The notes under the pieces are model-generated. The model ran no database searches, was not told the origin of the DNA, and worked only from the letters and a program-made list of their open reading frames with translations. The translations under genes were made by a program, and so were the position numbers. Below, in pieces: positions 22,501 through 34,286 of a stretch of DNA of 64,000 bases (its first letter is position 1; each line of letters opens with the position of its first letter). This DNA is from Mytilus californianus (Eukaryota), in contig NW_026262701.1 in NCBI RefSeq assembly GCF_021869535.1, positions 70,184,001-70,248,000 of the forward strand, read 5' to 3'.

Positions 22501-24882
22501 ACCTGAAATAGTAGTGTAACATTCTTCATGTCCTTTTGCCAAAATATTGTCTGTCTTTCTTAAACTGATGGGCTTTTTATGACTGACGAAAAATATTTGT
22601 TAGATTATTTATAATTCAGTTAGACTTCAATACAATAATCAATAATTTCCGCTTGATAAATATTTCTTTAGAAATCCTAGATGACCGCTCTATTTGCAAA
22701 TAGTGCACAAATAATACAGCCTGTCTACAATTAAATAAAGAGAACCTATGTATAATAGGTGATGTGAGGTCAAGCCAATGAGGTGGTAACACTGCATCAC
22801 AATAGATCTATAACACTGAATCCACGTACAGTAAACAACTATTCGCCGTACAATTTTTCCACTTTGTTTTCATAAATTTCTCTGTGTAAACAATAGTTTT
22901 TTTTCGAAATACAGTGTTGTTCAAGCTAATATATGATATACCTTTGTTTTACGAAACGTCAAATGGATTGCTGAAAGATAAATGTGTTTTTTAACAAATT
23001 TGAACTCGTCACAAGCTTCGTTGAACAGGTACCTCCCTATCCGATTCTGACGATTTAACGAGAGAGAAAGCCAATTATGATCATAATCAGCCCTAAATAG
23101 TAGCTACATTATTAGGAATCACTATCACAAAATTTTACTTGTAAGCAAAACGTAGAATATAATGAAAATAAGAAGAATTTGACCTTACCGGACTTTACAT
23201 TTGTTTTTTCCACCGCATCGGGGGTACCGGGTGGTGATGCTACACTGTGTAAAGACTAAATAGATGTGAACAGACTTTTATAGCTGACTGTGCGGTATGG
23301 GCTTTGCTCATTGTTGAAGGCCGTACGGTGACCTATAGTTGTTAATTTCTGTGTCGTTTGGTCTCTTGTGGAGAGTTGTCTCATTGGCAATCATACCACA
23401 TCTTCTTTTTTATAGTTACGGTCTGCAATGATAGGAAAATGTCAATACATATACTGAGCTTCATCTCCAAATGCCCCAAGTTTAAAACAATTTGTGAATG
23501 AATTCAATAGAAACTACTATTATTATATTATACATAATTATTATAATAATTTACTGTTAAAAACACAATGATATATAAATGAAGGCAACCACTAAAAGGT
23601 AACTTGTAGATGGCGAATTGTGGTTGATTGCATATCAAGCTCTAAAATTTATTCAGTCAAATGGTATACACTCATATTGATACTTATATTTTGTTATTAA
23701 TTTTATTCTGCAATAAGAAAAAAAAAGATGACTTACTGGATACTTATGTCGAATATAGGGATACCTTATCTCGTTCGTGCCACACTGTGGTAATACATTT
23801 CATCTGAATAACGACTTAACTTCAATCAAGATTCGTCTACAAGACATGAACTAGAGACTCACACTTTTACTTTTAGCGAAAGAATTCTACAAATGATATT
23901 TTTTGTGAGAGGAAGTATAATATGCAAATGCCTTAACCATGCTTTCCAAGGGCGTATCCAGGAATCTTAAGGATAGACGCAAACAACTTTCTTTCAATGG
24001 GCATATTTTTAGAGTGTACCATGAGGATGTTAACGGGTATAGAACAAAACATTTAGTGAATGAATAGTCGATTAAATGCACAAAATACCAAACTATTTTA
24101 TCTTACGTTCACAAAGTACACGTATTTATTCAATTGAACAATATTTAAAAGATGAATAAAAAGTAACAAAATGTATGAAATCAAAATTAAGTTGAAGAAC
24201 AAGCGACATCGTGGTCAAAGCTAAAACAAGAATGTCGTCGAATTAATACACAGCAATCTAAAAAGACCGAGCAACACAAACCCTCTTAAAAGAACCTTTG
24301 GATTATTTTAAGAAAGTGAAATCGGTATCATATGTTTATTTGTCGACTACTGTGTCTGACAGTGTTATGTTGTTGGTGGAAAGGTCTTGTAAGTGCTTCC
24401 GGTACAAGCAATTGTGTTAAGACGAAACAAAATGACTCGTGATATAAAGAATAAGTGATAGGGTCAGAGGTTGGCAAGCTTTCCTTCTCTTCTAGTGCAT
24501 TTTTCCAAGGGAGTACAAGTTCTGGAGATCTATAATATGCCAATCATATATTTCAATAAATTGCGAATTAATTCTGATTAATTTTTTTAACAAACTCAGA
24601 TTTCCTTAGGATAATGTGACCGTAGACGGTTTTACTTTTCTTCAAGGATTTTACATAGCTAAAAACAAAGTCTTGTTTATCCTTTGTCATGAAAAACGTT
24701 TCAACTACAAAAGTTCACACTCGGTCAAGTTTCAGGGTTAGAAAATTTACATGAACGATGGTTTACGAATTTGGTGATGTCTTATGGTTAGACAAGAGTC
24801 GATTACCAATCCGCTATTGTGTGATGCTTTATCACTTGGTATATCTTATCAACGTATTTTAAAGGAGTAACACGAAGGGTGT

Positions 24883-25095
24883 CAAATGTGGAGCAAGTTC
24901 TGCTAACCCTTCCGGAGCACATGAAATCACCCCTTGTTTTTGGTTGGGTTCGTGTTGCTCAGTTTTAAGTTTTCTACTTTGTGTTTTGTTTACTGTTGTT
25001 TGTCTGTTTGTCTTTTTCTTTTTTAGCCATGGCGTTGTCAGTTTATTTTCGATATATGAGTTTAAATGTCCCTCTGGTTTCTTAAGCCTCTATTT
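24883..25095 (+). mobile_element. Penelope-like element 3' end fragment
   Basis: Homologous to 11924-12131. Confidence 0.75.
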
Positions 25096-25335
25096 TTTCT
25101 GATCCCTTGTCCGAGTTTTACTCTACATTTTGGTTCTTGTCGGCTATATTATAAATAAGCAGATATGGTATGAGTGCCAATGAGACAACTCTCCATCCAA
25201 GTCACAATGTATAAAAAGTAAACAATTATAGGTCAAAATACGGCCTTCAACACGGAGCCTGGGCTCACATCGAACAGCAAGCTCTATAGGGCTCCATAAT
25301 GACTAGTGTAAAACAATTCAAACAGGAAAACCAAC

Positions 25336-25720
25336 TGACAAACAACAGTACACAAAACACAACACGGAAAACTAAAGACTGAGCAACACGAACCCCACCA
25401 AAAACTGGGGGTGATCTCAGGTGCTCCGGAAGGGTTAGCAGATCCTGCTCAAAATGTGGCACCCGTCGTGTTACTCATGTTAGTACAAACCCGGTAATAA
25501 GTCTAATTCGGTAGGTTACATTCGGGAAAATGGGACGGGATTGTAGTTACGACATTAGAAACATATCCGCTATCATCTGTGAAACGGATATTCCTTAACG
25601 GTCAACCAACTCGTGATGGCGTTCGTAAAACTTACGAAGGGATGATTTCAACTTCACCATTTGGAACTCTTTGTTTAATAGCTTCCTTGTGAGCAGCAAC
25701 CCTCTATCAAGGAAATCATG
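25336..25720 (-). mobile_element. Penelope-like element thumb/3' end fragment
   Basis: Nearly collinear with 12290-12700 (RGLLLTRKLLNKEFQMVKLKSS coding region plus 3' UTR). Confidence 0.8.
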
Positions 25721-25723
25721 AAG

Positions 25724-25988
25724 AAATAACATAAAAAATGTAGTGCACACTGAATAACCCGCGTAGCGTGTTATTTAAAAGTGTGCACCACATTTTTTAG
25801 GTTATTTCGAATAGACAGAAAAAATATTACAGTCATTTTTGATAATTTAATTCTAAATTCCATTTTTAAGAGTAAATCATAAAAAAACATTGATGACGTC
25901 ACGGTCACATGACAAAATTATGTCTATGAGCTTATAGACAAAAAACTTTCAGTCAATCAGAAGACGTGTTACATCCAAAATTAAATTA
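25724..25988. mobile_element. Non-autonomous DNA repeat with an 84-nt terminal hairpin
   Basis: aaataacataaaaaatgtagtgcacact / agtgtgcaccacattttttaggttattt inverted arms (25724-25807) around cgcgtagcg; the element ends ...tccaaaattaaattatt. Confidence 0.6.
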
Positions 25989-27026
25989 TTGTTGAATATT
26001 ATAATGTATGTTTCTCTCAATTGTGTCTTATGGTAATTTATAGTATAGATGGGTTGTTGTTTCAGTGACGTTTACCCGAACTACTTCCTCTTTTATTCAT
26101 ATCGAACTGATGAAAAAGAAAGCAATTCTCTGTGTGTAAAATTAGGATGAACCTTTCGGAACCTCCTGAATACCAGTATATCGATCACTCGACAGATTGA
26201 TAGCCATAATCGTATTTAAAGTAGATAATATTTATAACAACGCTGTAATGCTGATCAAATAACCAAGCTAATTTATATACCTTCAAAGGTATTTATATAC
26301 TAGTAAATAAAATGGAAATCGATTCTGTGGAATGGTTTGATGGGAAGGTTTGTTATTTGGATGAAGTCTTTGTACATATTCCTTCTGAGAGTCACGAGCA
26401 GTATGAAGACAATTCGGATTCGCATGGCTTCAGGTAAAGTATATTTCTAGATTTAAATATCATATATTTTCTATCTTGTTTCTCTTTTATTGTCCTTTCA
26501 ACTATTGGTTCGGTAATTTTAAGAGGCACAGTGACACGCTCTTCACACCCAACTTTAATTCCACCTGCAAACACACCAGTAAATTCTCGCAGTTACGGAT
26601 TATCCGGGATAGCAAGTTCAAAGTACTATAAAATCATGCCACCTAAACACTAATATCGAAGACTGTACTTCAGAGTAAATTTTATACTGCAACGTCATAA
26701 GGACAAAAAACACGATCATGTGCAATACCCGAAACAACCCCGTTATTGAACGACTTTCATTGCAGAAAAACAAAAGGATCATTCTAATGATAGCAGATGC
26801 GATGATTGAATAACAACAGTATGATTATAATCTCCTAATAGAGTTAATTAAATCAAAGAAATCTGAGGCGTCACTGCAAGCATCTGTATATGGAACCAAC
26901 TGAGAAATGTAAACTACATAAGATGGAACAATAAAGAATTGTATACAAAATAGCGGACTATAGTCCTAAAATGTTTTTACCCTTTCCTTTCTTCAGCATT
27001 TTATAGTTATGTTTATTTTTTTGTAG

Positions 27027-27492
27027 AGAAAAGAGGGGAAAGCTGAACAGAAATGTGTCTACTACTCTAAACAAATTAGGCAACAGTGTTCAAGTTCCTG
27101 AAAGATATTGCTCACCAAGTAACCAATGCAATATTCCTGGTAGAATTGATCTAAAACAAACAATTTATCATTTTCACACTGGATCTCCAACACAGACAGA
27201 TATTGAGTGGATGCCTCCTGAAAACTCGAACTTATTTCAAAATCTAACCTATGAACTTGAACTTGGGAAAAATGGAGTGCGGACAAGACTCACCAATCGT
27301 CGTGTCCCAGTAATACGAATTTATACCACAGACTCAAAGGCATTACTAGATAAACATTGTTGGTCTTTCCAAAAATCCGAAACTAATTCATGTGATCTTT
27401 TTGTACGAGCTGTTAATATCTTACATGCGACCAAATTAAATGCAGGACCTTGGTCGCATGCTATTAAATTAACATTCAACCTAACCACATAA
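27027..27492 (+). CDS. Terminal coding exon with fibronectin type III-like domain; gene model unresolved (candidate upstream exon 26312-26433)
   Basis: Acceptor ttttttgtag|A at 27027 and an open frame of ~155 codons. FN3-like pattern IEWMPP..LTYELEL...LFVRAVN..AGPWSHAIKL. A phase-2 donor at 26434 (AG|gtaaag) is compatible. Confidence 0.55.
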
Positions 27493-28698
27493 GAAAATCA
27501 ATTAATATTTCAAATATACGCCTTTGCTTCTTCTTTGGTGTGTGTTATCCTGGTTAACCTTGTGTTATATAATAAAACAGCCATTACTTATTAATCTAAT
27601 AGTTTTGGCTAAATTCAAGAGCAACGATAAACTTAAACCCGGAGAACAATGTGCCGATTCCGGGTAATTTTATTTCTGACTTAAATAACTGCCTCTGTCA
27701 GAAATAAAACTGCACGTTGGTTACCTTATAGTAAAACTAAACCACTTCTAGTCCTTTATCTCGCATGCCATCTTTTTCAAATACATGTAACTTAACTAGC
27801 GACGTTATTATTACTATTTCACATCTATAAACTGTACAGAGCGTAATGGAGGCAAAAACGCTTTCGTAGTAAAATTTTGGTTGGTATCCCATACAGCGAT
27901 GGATGATCCAGTTTGATGTGATTTGTTGAAATAACAACTGGATAGAAATGAAAAAAGGACTATAAAAGTGGAGAGTCTTTACTCCAAGTTCGGATTGTTG
28001 GTCTACTTCCAGCGTGAAAGGATATAATATGTTCCCTATATTCGTCAGACTTCAGATAATTTTATTTATACAGTTGTAGTTTATTTTCAAAAACAGTTGT
28101 CCACAGATAAATAATAGTTCCCCCTTATAATTTATAAAGAACGGAGTGTAGTGTCAAACAAACACAAACTGAGGAACATGAAAACTGTTTGGACATTACA
28201 TATTTGTAAGAGAGAAAAAGGGGGAGAAGATACCATAATCTTAATACAATCAAAACCCATAACCTGAAAAAACAGACAACGTCATTGATCAAAGAAAAAA
28301 GACAAAAAACAATGCACAAAACATAACACAGAAAACTAAAATATTGAGCAACAGTAATCCCACAAGAAAAATCGGGATGGAATCTAGATCTGGTGCTGTA
28401 TATAACAAATAAATTCTAGACCAGGCAGTCAAAATTTGACAATTATTTTTTTTTAATTATCACTCATATTTTATATTTTTAAAAATCTGTTGTTCTAGGA
28501 TATGATTATTATCATTTTGTCTTTTCTGGCTAAGTATTTAATCATTTAGAGCTGATTGCAATCACAGTTATAATCGAGCGGAGAGCGTCGACCGTCGTGC
28601 AAATCTTTTTATTAAACATATATGATCTGCACAGCAATCACTTCCGCATGCCATCTCCTTGCTGAGGTGAACTTAACAGTTTCATTTCTCTTAAATTA

Positions 28699-31600
28699 TC
28701 ATAATTTGGATGGAAAAATCTTTCTGACATATGTATTCGATTTCATCATTGTTAATGCGTTTCTGTCAATGTCATTGTTCCCAAGCGCATGCTTTGCCAA
28801 TCTCTTTGCTTCCGGAAGTAGCTTGTCTAATTCAACGACAGTATCAACAAGGCTTAATGATTTGGCTTCCGGTGCTGTAATTCGTCTTCCAAACACAACG
28901 GCTTCACGCATAGCATTAAGATTCCAAACTTTTGTGCTGAAACAAATTTTGAATATGCAGTCAATAGATTGATGTGACGTCGGTCAAACATGTGATGGTG
29001 TTATCTTAATGTTTTGACTTCATTCGCTTTTCTGAGTTCTAAATACAGAAATATGAGATATGAAATGATTTATTACAATAGAATTTTTTAAAGAATAAAT
29101 TTTTACTGTTAAATAAGTTTTCGACATTTCTAAACTCGAACGATTTCAAACTTGGCATATTGTGTCGACATGTTATTATCGCTGAAGACTTTATGTTGAA
29201 CTTTATGTGACTTTATGGTGCAGTTTTGTTGTTGTCTTATAAACGTATAACCATTAAAACTAAATTGATTGCATACCGCGTACTCTGTCCTTCCATTGTA
29301 TGAGAAAAGTGTGTGACCGTTGGGATCATATTTACTGGTGCTGTGGTTAAAAATTGTATTTTGCAATTGGCTTGGACACACACAAGAGTACTACAGACAC
29401 AGGTATGTATGATGAGTCTTTTAACAGTAAACTGCCACGTAATAGATCCAAAATGTTCTGTTACTCACTAGAATGCAATACAAGCAAAATCGTTGAATAA
29501 TTATCGTTTTCTCTCAAATACTTATATTGTTATTGTCATATATCATTTTATGAATTTGTTCTTGACCATGCATATGAGTTTTTGGACCGTACGCGTATAT
29601 ACTCATATGGTCCGGGTAATTAACACGACGAACGCTGCAAAGTTACTTTTACTGTAAATTGCATAAGTGTGTCATATGGAACTTGATACCATGTCACAAC
29701 CAAAAGAACAGATAACCAGAAAAAAGACTTCCTGTCAAAACCATATAAAGAAGTTTAAATATAAAAAAAGGACATTGAAAAAAAATGTAATGTAATGTAA
29801 TGTAAAGTAAAACGGAGATAGTATTTATCAAACAAACTTAAAAAGCAAACCAGTTAACTAATTTAAATACATATCGTGACAAGATTCCAATTAAACATAT
29901 AAGTTATATTTCAGGTCATTGACGGATAACCTAAATCCCTTTTATTCAATATAAAACCCTTTCCATTTTTGAATTGACTATGTTGTAAAAGTGACTGCTC
30001 ATAGCCTGTAAGCGTTACGAAACCTGGGTTTGGATTGAACCAGGAATATTCAAAAGCTTTTATTTACATCACGTGCAAGACTTTTTTGTAAAGTTTAGAC
30101 TCATTTCGTAGGACTCTAGCGCTTTTGCGATAACATTGTACGGTAGAAAATACAATATAAAAGGTTAACGTTTGGTGATCTTACTTCAAAACTTCATGCA
30201 GAGGGTCACCAATCGGCAACTTAAGGTGCGTTTCGTTCCAGCATATCCATCCGCGGTCTGCCCTCATAACTCTGTAATCATGTGCAATTGCAATGAAAGC
30301 TCCTCCAGCAAACGTGTGACCTGTTGATTAAAATCATATATTATATACCTCTTTTAATTTTATTTATATTACTTATTAAAAAACTCCCCACAGATACCAG
30401 GCTTATAATTTTGTACCCTAGACGCGTATTTCGTCTCCAAAAGTCTCATCAGTGACGCTCGAATAAAAAAAGTTAAAAAGCTAAATAAAGTACGAAGTTG
30501 GAGAGCTTTGAGGACCCTAAATTCCGAAAGGTTTTATCAAATACAGCTATACATAGTAATACATTCATGGTGTAGAAATCCTTATAACAGATTTTATGAG
30601 TTCGCACATTTAGTGCAGAGGTCAAGTGATTACGACATTGAGTTATGTATTTTGCATATCCATTCTAGAACTGTATTTATGCGAAATGGTGATAAAATCT
30701 CTCCAAGAAAAAGCAAAAGCGTAACAATATCATATTTAAAATACAGGAAATACATTTTTTTTGTAATTGTACATGCTTTACAAAGTGTTTAATGTGTACA
30801 TTTAGAGGCAAAAAAATCCCACGAAAACAATACATTTTTTTTTAAATAGATTGAATCATATTTAATAACGTGGCCAAAATATAAAGGGCAACACAAAAAA
30901 AACCACAAAACATTGACAGCTAAAAATAAAAAAAAGATGCGCCATAAGCGCATGATACGCCCGTCGCTTTTTCAACAGATAAATTTCCATAACTCCTCAA
31001 TGTCATTTTTGTAAAAAAAAAACCTAAAGGGAGGTTATTGTAATAGATATAAACCAGTCACCAAAGTTTCATGAAAACTGCCCAAAGCACTTTTGAGTTA
31101 TTGTCCGAAAACTGGAAATCCCGCCTTTTTATGAATAAAATCCCATAACTCGGAAACGTAAAATCTAAAATTTATAAAAATCGAAAGGGAGCTTCAGTCA
31201 ATAAATATAAACAATTCACCAAAGTTTCATGAAAACTGCTCAAATCATTTTTAAGTTATTGTCCGAAAACTGGAAAATCCCCCTTTTTTAATGAATAAAA
31301 CCCCATAAATCGGAAACGTAAAATCTAAAATTTATAAAAACCGAAAGGGAACTTACGTCAATAGATATAAACAATTCACCAAAGTTTAAGGGAAATTGGT
31401 TAAAGCATTTTTGAGTTATTGTCCGACATGTTAAAATAACGACGGATATATCATAATCCGTCCCGTATACGGGCGTATAAAAAACAGGGGATAAAGCCTA
31501 GATATACCATACACTAGCCTACATGGCCCATCAGAATTATACGTCTTAATTTTATATTTTAATTCTTTAAAATACATATCATCTTTTGAACAAACGTTAC

Positions 31601-34286
31601 GAAAAGATAAAATCTGAAGAAATAAACGGTAGGTTATTCGGAACAGTAGCGACTATTCCTCTGTGACCTTCAAAAGTAAGTGTAAATTGCCTTCTTTCAA
31701 TTCTAACGGATTATTCAGTATACTTTTAAATTCGTATATTTAAGGCTTAACTGTGTGGTTTTCTTTTACTAAAGACAATATGGCGTCTGTAAGTTAAACT
31801 ATGGACCAATAAATAAAATACTTATCTATTTGAAACAGTACCAGACGAAGTGATGATTTCATTACCAAAGATTTCCCAAATCCAAGCTAGAAAAAAACTA
31901 TAGAGTTTTCTCATGCTTAGTAAAAAAATTAAAAAAATCCCGGAGACAAATAGTTACTGCAGATCAAAAACACTCAGCAACAACCCCTAGTGTTTAGATG
32001 GCCTCAACAACATCATGCAATCATTTAATTTAAACAGAGGACGACAGGCTTAGTGTTAGCTGACCTTTTCATTTTTTTTTAATTATCTCGAAATGGATAT
32101 TTATTCGGCATCACTTGAACATTATATGGCACTGAAAAGGGGAAATCTCGCAGAATGGTCACTCTAAATGCTCCCAAAATTTACAGTGTCGTTTCAATGG
32201 TAAGACAAAATAATTATCCATTTTTTTTTCTTCAAAAGACACCCCTTTCTCTAAATAGAATTCTTCTTTGATGGTGCAATCATTTCTAAAACAATTACTC
32301 CTAGCATACCATTTAATGCTGCTACAGTCGGTAAAGGAAAGTGCATGATCCTCCATAGTGTGTCGTGTAAAAGGTTGGAAAATTTCTGTCCTATTTCCTT
32401 GGGCTGTTGAAATAGCCAATCCAAATCAATCCCATTGCTGTAAAACTTTCCTTCAGATGTTGTTATAAGAGCTTTGCAATCTTTGTTACTGAATGAATGA
32501 AAGTAACACAGTACTAACATTTGCTATGAAGTAACACAGTATTAACATTTGCTATGAAGTAACACAGTATTAACATTTGCTATGAAGTAACACAGTATTA
32601 ACATTTGCTATAAGAAGTTTAATGTGGCTGTTTTGGAGACAAAAATAAACTTGACGTCCTTGCATATGGTATATTCTACGTGTCGATCAATTGGGACGAG
32701 ACAATGTTGATATAGATTAAATGATAAACTTTGTTAAGAACCTTCTGGTGTTTGAGTAATTATTACGATCTTTCTATAAAATTTTCTCTTTCATGAACAT
32801 ATTGACTTTTTGTTGCTCTTGCTGGATTTTTTAAGTCAACATATTTAGTTGTATATGTAAGAGATGAATCAGTCCTGGTAAAAATGTATGCGGGTGGACA
32901 CAAATTGCTAGTACTAAAAAATAAGTGTCAGACATATTTTACTAGCTATGGACTTATTTTACTAGGGAAATTTATCCTGAGACTTATTTTTCTAGTAAAA
33001 TTAAGGTCATGACCTTCATTACATAGGAAACAAAGTCCGGGGCACACATTTTACTGCCGGACCGAATTTACTGTTACATATATAGCTAACGAAGTCGAAA
33101 GAGGACAGACCAAAAAATGACAAAAAAAAAACAAATACAAAAGCAGTCCACAAAACACTTCACAAAACTTCAATATTTATTAATACAATCCCCACTAGAA
33201 AACGGGGTGAGTTCGTGCGCTCCTAATGGGATAGTAGTTCCTGCTCCAAACGTGACACCAGTCGTGTTATTCAACAGTGATAATTTTAAAACCCAGTAAG
33301 TCGTAATGGAGATATGGCTCCATTCCATTGCGGATTGGTATATGTCTTAGTCTAACCTAAGATATACTAAGTACATAAACCATCGGTATATATATATATC
33401 TAGTTCTTTAACCCTATAAAATGACTGAATTTGAATTTGAAATTAAAATGAGATTAATTGTATGCTAGACCACGAGTGACAAGCAACACCTACATAATTT
33501 AAATGGAAATTACGGGAGTAAGAGAAAAAACAAACTCCAATAAAAAATACATTGGTGGACAGAGGTGCTCTGTAAGGGTAAGCAGTTCAAGCTTTACTTG
33601 TGGTACCCATCGCTGACTGACCTAAGGGGGGGCCGCTCCAGTCATGCTTCAGTGATTCCCTATATAATCAACCAAATTTTTTCCACGAAAGGGGGGGGGG
33701 GGGGCGGACCCCCCAGCCCCCCCCCCCCTGGATCCGCCTATGAATATATATATAAATACTCCAAGCTAAAAATATCCATGATATTGTCAACCAAGTCGTG
33801 GTCCCGTCCATTGATTGTTCGAATGAATGACTTCGACTTTGCCATTGGTATTGAGATTCCTTGGGCTAATAGCTTTCTTGAAAGCAGCAACCGTGTTTTT
33901 CGCATTTAATAAAGACTAAACAACTTGGACGAAAATACATCTTTTTCAAAAGACATTTCGAAATTCAGTGTTTAAGTATAGACAGTGAACTACGTTTTTA
34001 ACTGTCCAAACAGGAAGTAGATCGGATATAATTGGAGAAAAATGTTATTAAATAGCCGTCCGAACCAACTAGCTAGCTTGGTCCTATTATATAGATCGCA
34101 TCTTCTATCTTATTTACTTTAACTCAAAAAAATCATAAAATTATAATCCTACCTTAAAACGCGGTCTAGTGCAGAGTTTAATTCAGTAAGGAAGTCGATA
34201 TTTAACCTATTCTGTCCATTTAACATTCGAATAATTCCAAATCCATCAGCAGTAAATTCTGTGGTAATCTTCTGTGTCGTTCCCAT
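28699..34286 (-). CDS. ECI: Peroxisomal enoyl-CoA delta-isomerase (crotonase superfamily) paralog A, 228 aa; exons 34286-34153, 32488-32310, 30320-30185, 28936-28699
   Basis: All GT-AG, phases 2/1/2, 687 nt. Motifs GKFYSNGIDL, LPTVAALNGHTFAGG, HDYRVMRADRG, CWNE (putative catalytic Glu), GRRITAPEA..LVD. C-terminal PTS1 -SKL. Confidence 0.92.
30390..30560 (-). mobile_element. Hammerhead-bearing repeat (family HHR-1); motif 30461-30413 with intact CUGAUGA/GAAA core
   Basis: Minus strand CGAGCGTCA-CTGATGA-GACTTTTGGAGAC-GAAA-TACGCG-TC-TAGGGTAC. Confidence 0.75.
30930..31483. mobile_element. HINE/Helentron-like non-autonomous element carrying ~2.4 units of a ~159-bp tandem repeat
   Basis: Perfect 10-bp subterminal inverted repeats ATACGCCCGT (30955-30964) / ACGGGCGTAT (31469-31478); 3' palindrome cccgtatacggg; ccaaagttt recurs at 31061, 31219 and 31379. 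Confidence 0.7.
32501..32612. repeat. 28-bp tandem repeat x4 (AAGTAACACAGTATTAACATTTGCTATG)
   Basis: Direct inspection; it abuts the acceptor of ECI-A exon 2. Confidence 0.95.
33606..33742 (-). mobile_element. GGCGGATCCAG-type MITE, one end truncated
   Basis: Terminus ctggatccgcctatg with G/C homopolymers; related to 39681-39843. Confidence 0.6.
33780..33905 (-). mobile_element. Divergent PLE thumb fragment
   Basis: Translates RLLLSRKLLAQGISIPMAKSKSFIRTINGRDHDLVDN, resembling LLLTRKLLNQEFQ.VKLKSS....GRHH.LVD of the other PLE copies. Confidence 0.5.

Noticed and set aside
23887-24543. Short ORFs (64 and 71 aa, -) as exons
   Set aside because: No recognisable motif or consistent splice frame with neighbours.
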